Below, piece by piece: positions 31,938 through 40,071 of a DNA stretch of 60,231 nucleotides. The stretch comes from Gaiellaceae bacterium. Lineage in GTDB: Bacteria; Actinomycetota; Thermoleophilia; Gaiellales; Gaiellaceae. Both the position numbers and the translations under genes were made by a program. How positions within the stretch are numbered: position 1 is the stretch's first letter; the number at the start of each line of letters is the position of its first letter. A model generated the notes under the pieces. The model saw only the letters and a list, made by a program, of their open reading frames with translations, did no database searches and had not been told where the DNA came from. The stretch lies in contig DATBMD010000225.1 of assembly GCA_036555085.1 (NCBI GenBank), positions 1-60,231 on the forward strand, in the 5' to 3' direction.

Positions 31938-32059
31938 GGCCTGTGTCGACCTCCCGATCGGCGCCCCTGCTCGGCGCCGGCCGCGCCAGCGGCCGCTTCA
32001 GGGATTGTCGCGATCCCGGATCTGCTCCTGCAGATTCGGGATCTGCGGGGAAGAGATGA
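31934..32059 (+). mobile_element. Peptide-encoding structured intergenic repeat, copy 1 (41-aa ORF MRPVSTSRSAPLLGAGRASGRFRDCRDPGSAPADSGSAGKR)
   Basis: About 85% identical by hand alignment to 53032-53160 (minus strand). Bounded by ATGAG at both ends, with an internal gatcccggatctgc / gcagattcgggatc hairpin. Mobility is inferred. Confidence 0.65.
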
Positions 32060-32985
32060 GCCGGTCGCTCCGGGTCCTCGGCGTCGAGCACACGCCGGAC
32101 CGGCCCGGTCCCGGCGCGATGCCCGACCAGCTCCTCCGGGCGCTGGAGCTCACGATCGGGCGCCGGGTCCAGGGCCTGCTGGCGGGCGACCACCGCTCGG
32201 CGCTGCTCGGCCGCGGCAGCGAGCTCGCCCAGGTGCGGGCGTACGAGCCGGGCGTCGACGACGTGCGCCAGATCGACTGGAACGTGACCGCGCGGACGAA
32301 CGAGCCGCACGTCCGCGTCCAGCTCGCCGAGCGCGTCCTCGTCACGTGGCTCGCGCTCGACACCTCCCCGTCGATGACGTTCGGCACCGCAGACCGGCGC
32401 AAGGCCGACGTCGCGCTGGGCGTCGGGCTCGCACTGGGCCACGCCGCGAGCGCGCGCGGGAACCGCGTCGGGCTCGTCGGGTTCGGCGGCTCGGACGCCA
32501 CCGTGCCTCCCCGGCAGGGCCGCGCCGGCCTCGTCGGGCTGATGATGGCGCTGCGCGACGCGGAGAACGGCCGCAACGGGGGCTCGTCGAGCCTCGGCGG
32601 GGCCCTCCGCCGGCTCGCCGCGGTGAGCCAGCAGCGCGCTCTGGTCGCCATCGTCTCCGACTTCCGCGGCCCCCGTGACTGGCGCTCGCCGCTGCTCGAC
32701 CTCGCCGGCCGGCACGACGTGCTCGCGGTGGAGATCCGCGACCCGCGCGAGCAGGAGCTGCCCGACGTGGGCGAGCTGACCCTCGTCGACCCGGAGACCG
32801 GCCGTCAGCTCCGCGTCGACACCCGCAGCGCCGCGCTCCGGCGCCGCTTCGCCGAAGCCGCCGCGGAGGAGCGCAAGTCGCTCGCGCAGGCGTTCTCCTC
32901 GGCCGGGGTCGCGCACGTCGTCCTGTCGACGTCCGGCGACTGGCTGCGGACGCTCGCCGGCTTCCTTCGGCAGAGGTCGAGATGA
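32056..32985 (+). CDS. DUF58 protein (MoxR-associated, VWA-like)
   Basis: VRAYEPGVDDVRQIDWNVTAR, DTSPSM and IVSDF motifs; ATG at 32056. Confidence 0.9.
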   Translation: MSRSLRVLGVEHTPDRPGPGAMPDQLLRALELTIGRRVQGLLAGDHRSALLGRGSELAQVRAYEPGVDDVRQIDWNVTARTNEPHVRVQLAERVLVTWLALDTSPSMTFGTADRRKADVALGVGLALGHAASARGNRVGLVGFGGSDATVPPRQGRAGLVGLMMALRDAENGRNGGSSSLGGALRRLAAVSQQRALVAIVSDFRGPRDWRSPLLDLAGRHDVLAVEIRDPREQELPDVGELTLVDPETGRQLRVDTRSAALRRRFAEAAAEERKSLAQAFSSAGVAHVVLSTSGDWLRTLAGFLRQRSR

Positions 32986-33956
32986 GCTTCGCCTGGCCGC
33001 TCGCGCTCGTCGGGCTCGTGCTCGTTCCGATCGCCGTCGCGGGCTACGTCTTCGCGGAGCGCAGGCGGGAGCGCGACGCCGCGACGTTCTCCAACCCCGA
33101 CCTGCTGCCGAACCTGCTCGCCGAGCGCCCGGGCCGCCGCCGGCACCTGCCGCCGCTGCTCGCGCTCGGAGCCTTGACGCTGCTGCTGGTCGGGCTCGCG
33201 CGCCCGCACGCGACGCTCTCGACGCCGAAGGAGGAGGCGACGGTGATGCTGGCGCTCGACGTCTCGCGCTCGATGGCCGCCGAGGACGTGCAGCCCAACC
33301 GCTTCGAGGCCGCGCGGGCCGCCGTGACGGCGTTCCTCGAGAAGGTGCCGGACACCTACCCTGTCGGCATGGTCGCGTTCTCGACGAAGGCCGAGGTCGT
33401 GCTGCCGCCGACCGTCGATCGCGAAGCTGCGCGCGCCGCGCTGAAGGCGCTGCGGCTGGGCTCGGGAACCGCCATGGGCGACGCGATCGCGACCGCCATC
33501 TCGGCGGTGCCGCAGCCGACCCAGGCAGAGCAGGCCGCCGGCGAGGAGCCGACGCCGACGTCGGTGCTGCTGCTCTCGGACGGCGCCCAGACGGCGGGCG
33601 GGACGCAGCCGCTCGACGCCGCGCGGCGCGCTCGCCAGCTCGGCATCCCGGTCTCGACCGTCGCGCTCGGCACGTCGGACGCGGTCGTCGAGGTGCCGCT
33701 GCCCGGCGGGCTGTCCCAGCGCGTCACGGTCCCGCCCGACGCCGCGACGCTGAAGCAGGTCGCCGAGGCCACCGGCGGCCGCTTCTTCGAGGCGCCCGAC
33801 GCCGAGCAGCTGAACACCGTCTACGAGGATCTCGGCTCGCGCCTGGGCAGCGAGGACAAGAAGCGCGAGGTGACCTCGGCGTTCGCGGGCGGCGGCGCGC
33901 TGCTGCTGCTCGCCGGCGGGGCGCTGTCGGCGCTCTGGTTCCGGAGGGCGCTGTGA
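32982..33956 (+). CDS. BatA-like membrane VWA-domain protein
   Basis: N-terminal TM segments, LARP, MIDAS DVSRS, GTAMGDAI, LLSDG and a C-terminal TM segment. Confidence 0.9.
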   Translation: MSFAWPLALVGLVLVPIAVAGYVFAERRRERDAATFSNPDLLPNLLAERPGRRRHLPPLLALGALTLLLVGLARPHATLSTPKEEATVMLALDVSRSMAAEDVQPNRFEAARAAVTAFLEKVPDTYPVGMVAFSTKAEVVLPPTVDREAARAALKALRLGSGTAMGDAIATAISAVPQPTQAEQAAGEEPTPTSVLLLSDGAQTAGGTQPLDAARRARQLGIPVSTVALGTSDAVVEVPLPGGLSQRVTVPPDAATLKQVAEATGGRFFEAPDAEQLNTVYEDLGSRLGSEDKKREVTSAFAGGGALLLLAGGALSALWFRRAL

Positions 33957-34693
33957 CGCGGGCCGTCGTCGTCGCCCTGGTCGCCGGGCTCGCGACGGTC
34001 GCGCTCGGGGCTGTTGCCCCGGCCGCAGCCGCCGCGGACGAGTGCCGCGGGCTGCCGGTCTGCCTGCCCGTGGCCGGGCCGTGGGTCGTGATCCCGGCGC
34101 CGGCGCCGGGCGCCCGCACGTCCGCCGTCGAGTGGGAGCTCCGCTGCCCGCTGCGCGGGTACATCGTGGCGGGCACCGACGTGCGGATCTCGGACCGAGG
34201 GATCGACGTCAGCTTCCGCGGCGAGAGCGGCAGCCCCGTGGCGCCGGGCGTCACCACCCGGGCGAGCGCGGTCTTCACCGCCGTCTACACCGGCACCGCC
34301 CGCAAGGCGACGAGCTTCCGCCCCTTCATCGGCTGCATCCCCACCCAGGGCGGCGGCGGCCGCGCCCAGACCGTGCACGCGCCGCGGACGCTCGCCGCGC
34401 TCCGGCCGGGGAACCCGCTCGAACGGCGCGTCGGGCGCGTGCGCTTCGGCACGGGGGCGACCCGCTCCGTCACGGCCGCGTGCCAGCGAGGCGACCGGCT
34501 GGTCGGCTCCTCGCACGCGCTCGGCTTCCACACGGCGCTCGAGCCCGGCGCCTCGCTGCTCGGGCTCGTACGGGCAACGCACGTCGAGCGCGCCAGGAGC
34601 GTCGTCGGGCGCGGTGCCGCGTCGACGGCCCTGCCGGGCGGGATCCAGGTGGAGCTGCAGGCGCACGCCCTGTGCGCGAGGAGCGGCAGGTGA
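33953..34693 (+). CDS. Secreted Cys-containing hypothetical protein within the MoxR operon
   Basis: Signal peptide ending AAAAA-DEC, six Cys, GTGA overlaps on both sides. Confidence 0.7.
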   Translation: MTRAVVVALVAGLATVALGAVAPAAAAADECRGLPVCLPVAGPWVVIPAPAPGARTSAVEWELRCPLRGYIVAGTDVRISDRGIDVSFRGESGSPVAPGVTTRASAVFTAVYTGTARKATSFRPFIGCIPTQGGGGRAQTVHAPRTLAALRPGNPLERRVGRVRFGTGATRSVTAACQRGDRLVGSSHALGFHTALEPGASLLGLVRATHVERARSVVGRGAASTALPGGIQVELQAHALCARSGR

Positions 34694-35667
34694 GCTTCGA
34701 GGCGCCCCAGCTCCTGCTGACGCTGCTCGTCGTCCCGCTGGCGCTGCTCGGGTACCTCTGGGTGCAGCGACGTCGCAGCCGCTACGCGGTCAGCTTCACG
34801 AACCTCGGCGTGCTCGAGACGGTGGTCGAGCAGACGCCGTCCTGGCGACGGTGGCTGCCGCTGGGGCTGCTGCTGGCGGCGCTCGCGGCGCTCTGCATCG
34901 CGGTGGCGCGCCCGACGGTGACCCTGGCGTCCCCTCAGGAGCGCGCGACCGTGATCCTCGTAGTCGACGTGTCGGGCTCGATGCGGGCGGAGGACGTGGC
35001 GCCGACCCGGCTGGGCGCGGCGCAGGAGGCGATGCGGAAGTTCCTCGACAAGGTGCCGCGGCAGCTGCGCGTCGGGATCGTGTCGTTCTCGGACGAGGCG
35101 CAGGTGGTCGTGCCGCCGACGTCGGACAAGGACCTGCTGCGGTCGGGGATCGACCTGCTGACGCCCGGGTTCGGCACGGCGATCGGGGACGGGATCGTGC
35201 GGGCCGTCGAGCTGGGGCAGAGCGTGGAGGCGGAGGGCGGTGAGCCGCCGGATGCCGAGGACAAGCCGCTGACGGCCGTGCTGATGCTGTCGGACGGGTT
35301 CCAGACCCGCGGCCTGGTGGAGCCGCTCGACGCGGCGCAGCTCGCGAAGGAGCAGCGCATGCCCGTCTACACGATCGCGCTGGGCACGGACGAGGGGACG
35401 ATCGAGGTGTTCCGGTTCGGCGAGCGGCAGACGGTGCCGGTGCCGCCCGACCGGGAGACGATGGCGGCGGTCGCCGAAGCGACCGGCGGCGAGTACTTCA
35501 GCGCGTTCGACGCGGAGCGCCTGACGTCGGTCTACGAGGAGCTCGGCTCGGAGGTGGGCAGGGTGGACGAGCCGAAGGAGGCGACCGTCGCGTTCGTGTT
35601 CGGCGGTGCGGCGCTGCTCCTCGGCGCCGGCGTGCTCTCCGGGCTCTGGCTGCCGCGCCTGCCGTAG
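34690..35667 (+). CDS. Second BatA-like membrane VWA-domain protein
   Basis: Starts VSFEAPQLL at a GTGA overlap. MIDAS DVSGS, GTAIGDGI and MLSDG motifs; paralog of 32982..33956. Confidence 0.9.
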   Translation: MSFEAPQLLLTLLVVPLALLGYLWVQRRRSRYAVSFTNLGVLETVVEQTPSWRRWLPLGLLLAALAALCIAVARPTVTLASPQERATVILVVDVSGSMRAEDVAPTRLGAAQEAMRKFLDKVPRQLRVGIVSFSDEAQVVVPPTSDKDLLRSGIDLLTPGFGTAIGDGIVRAVELGQSVEAEGGEPPDAEDKPLTAVLMLSDGFQTRGLVEPLDAAQLAKEQRMPVYTIALGTDEGTIEVFRFGERQTVPVPPDRETMAAVAEATGGEYFSAFDAERLTSVYEELGSEVGRVDEPKEATVAFVFGGAALLLGAGVLSGLWLPRLP

Positions 35668-35669
35668 GG

Positions 35670-37010
35670 CTACGAGCGCCGGACCCTGAACGTGGTCTCG
35701 CCGAGCAGCTTGCCGTAGCGAGGCTGCTTCCGCGTTCCGAACGCGGGCCAGACGAAGAGGCGATAGGCCCCGTTCGCGAGCGTGCGGCGGCGGCCGTCGT
35801 ACGTCCACGCCCGTCTCAGCCGCAGGCGCGGCTCGACGACCCAGGCGCTCAGCACCTTCGTCGTGCCGTGGTAGAGCTGCACGTTGTAGAAGCGCGCCCC
35901 CGCGACGTCCTCCCACGCCGCCCGGGGCGGCGCTCGGAGCACCGTTCCCGCGGCGGGGGCGAAGACCGGCGCGCGCGGCAGCGCCGCGATCGTCCGGGCG
36001 GCTGCGTTGCCCGCCTCGTCGAGGCTGCGGAGCAGGTACCGGTAGCGCACGCCGTTGCGGACCGCGCGGTCGAGGAACGAGACCTTCCGGCCGCGGTAGA
36101 CGGTGCTGCGTGACGCGCTGCCGAGGCCGGGGATGCGGACGAGCTCGTAGAGCCGGGCCGACGGCGAGCGCGCCCAGCGGACGCGGGTGAAGCCGCTGCC
36201 CGTCTCGACCCGGAGCCGTCCGGCCGCTGCGGGCGGCTTGCTGTCGTAGCGCAGCGTCAGCGCCGCCGGCGCGCCCGCGTTGCCGGCCGCGTCGCGGCAG
36301 GATCCCGACACCGCCGCCCGGGCGGTCTCGGGTCCGCCGTACGTCACCGGCCCGTCGCACGAGGCGACGCCCGACAGGGCGTCGACGCCGCTGAAGCGAA
36401 CCGCGACGGGTGCCCGGTACCAGCCGTTGGCGTCGGGCGCGCGGGCCGCCACGGCCGCCACGGTCGGTGGCGTCGAGTCGTAGCGGAGGGAGAACGAGCC
36501 CGAGCTCGTGTTGCCGGCGACGTCGCGGCACGTGCCTGCGACCGATGCCGTCGCGGTGTCGGGCCCGGAGTACGTGGCGCCGGCGCAGGCGGCGATCCCG
36601 GAGGTCGCGTCCGTGCCCGTGAACCCGACTGCGACCGGATGGTTGAACCACTCTCCCCAGTCGGGCGCGCGCTCGGCGGCCGCCCCGGTGACGGCCGGCG
36701 GCGTCGCGTCGCGCCTGATCACCTTGCCGGCCTCGACGTAGTCGCTGCCGTACCAGACCCGGCAGGTGACGGACGCTCCGGCCGTGTCGGCGCTGACGGT
36801 GACCACGTCGCAGTCCGTGGCGGTCACGCCGGCCGGGTCGTAGCTCCAGGTGACGGTCACGTCGGTCGTGAACCAGCCGGCGCAGCCGACCGGCGCGGAA
36901 CCTCCCGGCGTCCAGCAGCTCGCGGTGGGTAGCGCGGGCGCGCCGCTCGCCGGCCCGGCGACGACGCACGCCACCGCGACCGTCAGCGCGAGCGGCAGGA
37001 GGCGTCTCAC
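35670..37010 (-). CDS. Secreted protein with tandem Ig-like/beta-sandwich repeats and an FN3-like region
   Basis: Signal peptide VRRLLPLAL...ASGA. Repeated D.TPP...W...PVAV.F.G.D..SG...C...C.D.AGN units and YRYLLRSLDEAGN. Confidence 0.75.
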   Translation of the reverse strand: MRRLLPLALTVAVACVVAGPASGAPALPTASCWTPGGSAPVGCAGWFTTDVTVTWSYDPAGVTATDCDVVTVSADTAGASVTCRVWYGSDYVEAGKVIRRDATPPAVTGAAAERAPDWGEWFNHPVAVGFTGTDATSGIAACAGATYSGPDTATASVAGTCRDVAGNTSSGSFSLRYDSTPPTVAAVAARAPDANGWYRAPVAVRFSGVDALSGVASCDGPVTYGGPETARAAVSGSCRDAAGNAGAPAALTLRYDSKPPAAAGRLRVETGSGFTRVRWARSPSARLYELVRIPGLGSASRSTVYRGRKVSFLDRAVRNGVRYRYLLRSLDEAGNAAARTIAALPRAPVFAPAAGTVLRAPPRAAWEDVAGARFYNVQLYHGTTKVLSAWVVEPRLRLRRAWTYDGRRRTLANGAYRLFVWPAFGTRKQPRYGKLLGETTFRVRRS

Positions 37011-37576
37011 GCGGCGCCCCTCAGCGATCGTCCTGCGCCGGCGGCGACGACGCCTGCGCCGAGCGCGACCAGCGCGAGCGAGATGCCCGCGACGGCCAGC
37101 AGGCCGCGATCGTGGCCGTCCGCCGCCCTCGAGACGACGCGGAGAACCGGCAGGTCGAGCCGGAACAGGGCGGGAACGTCGATCACGGGAGCCGGGCGAG
37201 CGGCAGGCGGTTGCAGGCGCCGGCGGTCCCTCGCCGGGGGCCGCTGCGACTCGGCGGACGTAGCCGCGCTCGGCGGCGGGGCGGCGGGCTGTGCTCGGGT
37301 CGGAAGGGCGGGAGCGGCGGCGCGGGCCGCCGCGGGGGATGGCGGCGGCCGCACCGCCGCCGCCGCGGGCCGGGGTGCCGCCGTCGGCGGCGCATCGGGC
37401 CCGGGGGCGGTGAGCGCTCCCTGCGCGGGAGCGTCGGGGGTCGGCGACGTCGCCGCGCCGGCCAGGGCAGGTGCCGCGAGGACGGCGGCGCAGGTCACGA
37501 GGACGGCACGCCGAGTGGACGGCGCCCGTGGCGCGCCGCCTCGTCGCCGCAGAGACGATGTGCCCGAACTGCTCAT
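37007..37576 (-). CDS. Pro/Ala-rich exported protein with a C-terminal membrane anchor
   Basis: Arg-rich N-region with hydrophobic signal, Pro-rich stalk and C-terminal TM segment. Its stop overlaps the next GTG. Confidence 0.6.
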   Translation of the reverse strand: MSSSGTSSLRRRGGAPRAPSTRRAVLVTCAAVLAAPALAGAATSPTPDAPAQGALTAPGPDAPPTAAPRPAAAAVRPPPSPAAARAAAPALPTRAQPAAPPPSAATSAESQRPPARDRRRLQPPAARPAPVIDVPALFRLDLPVLRVVSRAADGHDRGLLAVAGISLALVALGAGVVAAGAGRSLRGAA

Positions 37577-37614
37577 CGCCGCCGCCTCTCGCTGCCGGAC
37601 TGACTGCGCCACCC

Positions 37615-37643
37615 ACGGTAGGCCGGAGCGCGGATCGTGTCAA
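37615..37643 (-). promoter_or_regulatory. Near-consensus housekeeping sigma promoter TTGACA-N17-TACCGT
   Basis: Minus-strand -35 at 37643-37638 and -10 at 37620-37615, with an exact 17-nt spacer, upstream of ATG 37576. Confidence 0.7.
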
Positions 37644-37658
37644 TCGAGCGCCCGTACT

Positions 37659-37696
37659 GGGTGGGGGCGCGGCGGCTGCAGGCCGCGCCCCCACCC
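37659..37696 (-). terminator. 15-bp hairpin downstream of the repeat-protein gene
   Basis: gggtgggggcgcggc / gccgcgcccccaccc with an 8-nt loop, about 10 nt past the stop at 37706. Confidence 0.7.
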
Positions 37697-37705
37697 CGGC
37701 CGGGC

Positions 37706-39997
37706 CTATCGCATCGGCACCTCCTCGTCGAGCGTCGGGCGCTCCCGGCACGGGCGCTTCGACTCGCACCGGTCGCGCTTCGGGCAGCGCACCTTCCACT
37801 CGCACGGCGACGGCTCATCGCGGCGGTCGCCCTTGCTGCACGGATCGTCCTGCTCGCAGGCAGGGCGACCGCACGGATCCGACTTCGGCAGCTCGCAGCG
37901 CTCGCGCTGCTTCCACCGGTCGTCGGGCTTCCGCCAGCCGTCGGTCTCGTCCGGATCCTGCTTCGGGTCGTCGCCCTTGCGCGGATACGGGGTCTCGCAC
38001 GGCTGCCGCTTGTCGCAGCGGTCGTGCTTACCGAGGATCGACACGGGCGCGTTCACGTTCCTCGCACCGATCTGGAACGCGTCGGCGTCCGCGTCGGCGT
38101 CCTGGTGGTTCCAGGCCTTCTGACCCGCCGCCTGGATCGAGAGCCCACCGGGGCCGCTCTGGCTCTGGCCGATCGACTGGTGCGTGCCGTTCAGGTTGAC
38201 GGCGGCGGCCAGCGCCGCGACGAGATTCGACTGCTCGACCGATCCGGCCGATCCGTCCTCGCCGTCGTGGCCCTTGCCCTTGTCCAGCACGGCAACGGGT
38301 GCGTTGACGTTCTCGGCGCAGCACTGCGTCGCGTCTGCGTCCGCGTCTGCCTTCTGCTCGTTGCCGGCCAGCTGCCCGGCGGCCTGGATGTACGGGCCAC
38401 CGGGGCCACCCGACTGCTGCTGGTCGATCGACTGCGTCGTCTTGTCGAGGTTCGCCGCGAGCGCGCCTGCGAGCGCGGCATTCGACTGCTCGACGGAGCC
38501 GCCGCCACCGGGGCTGAGCACCCGCACCGGCGCGTTCACGTTCGACGGCGCGTACTGGACCGCGTCCGCGTCGGCGTCTGCGTGCTGGTCGCTGGTGGCC
38601 TTCTGGCCAGCCACCTGGAGCCCGGGCCCACCGGACTGCTGCCCGATCGACTGGTGCGTCTCGTTGGCGTTCAGGGCACCCGCCAGCGCGAGCGACGTGT
38701 TCGACTGCGAGACCGGCCCGTCGGCTCCCGGGCTGCCCACGCGGATCGAGGCGTTCTCGTTGGTCGGGTGGATCTGCTTCGAGTCGGCGTCGGCGTCGGC
38801 GTCCTGCTCGCTCTTCGCGAGCTGGCCGGCGATCTGGGCGCCCGGCCCACCCGACTGGCTCTGGGTGATGCACTGGCACGTCGTGTTCGTGTTCGCCGCC
38901 AGCGCTCCCGCGGCGCTCGTGTTCGACTGGGTGACCGGGCCGTTGTCGCCGGGGCTGAAGATGCGCACCGAGACGTTCGTGTTCTTCGGGTGCACCTGCT
39001 TCGAGTCGGCGTCGGCGTCGGCGTCCTGGTCGTTGTCGGCCTTCTGCCCGGCGATCTGGGTGGAGCTGCCGCCGGGCCCGCCGCCGGTCTGGTCCTGCTC
39101 GACCGACTGGGTCGTCTCGTTGCCGTTCGCGGCGAGCGCGCCGGCGATCGACGTGTTGGACTGCGAGACGGGCCCGTCGTCGCCGGGGCTGAAGATGCGC
39201 ACCGAGACGTTCGTGTTCTGCGGGTGCACCTGCTTCGAGTCGGCGTCGGCGTCGGCGTCCTGGTGGTTGTCGGCCGACTGGCCCGCGACCTGCGTGGAGC
39301 CCGTGCCAGACCCTGACTGGCTCTGGCTCACGTCCTGCGCGGTGTTGTTGCCGTTCAGCGCGCCGGCGAGGGCGATCGAGTCGTTCGACTGGGTGACCGG
39401 CCCGTTGTCGCCGGGGCTGAAGACGCGGATCGTGACGTTCGTGTTCTCGGGCGCGATCTGCGTCGAGTCGGCGTCCGCATCCGCGTCCTGCTTGTTGTCT
39501 GCCGACTGCCCGGCCACCTGCGTGGAGCCGCCGGTCGGCGGGATCGTGCTCGAGCCGTAGTCGGGCTCGGGCTTGGGCTCGGGCTCGGTCGAGGGGGCGG
39601 GCTCGCCGCCCTGCTCCTGCGCGACCGTCTGGCCCGTCTCGTTGCCGTTCCCGGCGAGCGCGCCGGCGAGCGACCCGTTCGACTGGGACGTCCCCTCCGG
39701 CTCGGTCGGCGTCTCCGCCGGCTCCGAGTCGGCGGTGTCGGCGGGCGGCTCGGGAGCCACCGGCTCCGTCGTCCCCGTCGGCTCTGTCGTCTCCGCCGCG
39801 TCGGGCTGCTCGTCTGGCGTGGCGAGATCCGGGAGGTACTGCCCGACCAGGGCCAGGGCGTCGCCGGCCGGATCGCTCGACTCCGCCTGGCCCGCCGCCG
39901 GGAGGGCCGGTGGGCTGCCCGTGTCGGCCGCGGCGGTGCCCGCCCAGATGCAGAGGGCGAGCGCAGCGCCGAGGCTGGCACCAAGCGTGCGTCTCAT
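37706..39997 (-). CDS. Secreted 763-aa Gln/Asn/Ser/Gly/Ala-rich tandem-repeat protein with a Cys-rich C-terminal tail (candidate fibre or functional amyloid subunit)
   Basis: AAAGGAG ribosome-binding site and Sec signal. Six full repeats of about 75 aa (Q.AGQ.A...QDADADAD..Q..P.N.N...R..SPG..G.V.QSN...AGALA.N.N.T.Q...Q.Q.GG) plus two half-repeats. Ten Cys in the last ~105 aa. Confidence 0.8.
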   Translation of the reverse strand: MRRTLGASLGAALALCIWAGTAAADTGSPPALPAAGQAESSDPAGDALALVGQYLPDLATPDEQPDAAETTEPTGTTEPVAPEPPADTADSEPAETPTEPEGTSQSNGSLAGALAGNGNETGQTVAQEQGGEPAPSTEPEPKPEPDYGSSTIPPTGGSTQVAGQSADNKQDADADADSTQIAPENTNVTIRVFSPGDNGPVTQSNDSIALAGALNGNNTAQDVSQSQSGSGTGSTQVAGQSADNHQDADADADSKQVHPQNTNVSVRIFSPGDDGPVSQSNTSIAGALAANGNETTQSVEQDQTGGGPGGSSTQIAGQKADNDQDADADADSKQVHPKNTNVSVRIFSPGDNGPVTQSNTSAAGALAANTNTTCQCITQSQSGGPGAQIAGQLAKSEQDADADADSKQIHPTNENASIRVGSPGADGPVSQSNTSLALAGALNANETHQSIGQQSGGPGLQVAGQKATSDQHADADADAVQYAPSNVNAPVRVLSPGGGGSVEQSNAALAGALAANLDKTTQSIDQQQSGGPGGPYIQAAGQLAGNEQKADADADATQCCAENVNAPVAVLDKGKGHDGEDGSAGSVEQSNLVAALAAAVNLNGTHQSIGQSQSGPGGLSIQAAGQKAWNHQDADADADAFQIGARNVNAPVSILGKHDRCDKRQPCETPYPRKGDDPKQDPDETDGWRKPDDRWKQRERCELPKSDPCGRPACEQDDPCSKGDRRDEPSPCEWKVRCPKRDRCESKRPCRERPTLDEEVPMR

Positions 39998-40071
39998 CTG
40001 TTGTCTCCTTTGGACTCGTTCGTCGGCGGGGCCCAGGGTGGCCCCGCGGCAGGGCTCGGACGCGGTTTGCG

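Noticed and set aside
32005-32055. Cys-rich N-terminal extension of DUF58 (MSRSRICSCRFGICGEE) from the ORF track
   Set aside because: It is an alternate-frame reading of the repeat element. The coupled ATG at 32056 is the better start.
38030-39530. DNA-level tandem repeats considered as a CRISPR array or VNTR
   Set aside because: The ~225-bp units are in-frame protein repeats with synonymous variation. There are no unique spacers and no cas genes.
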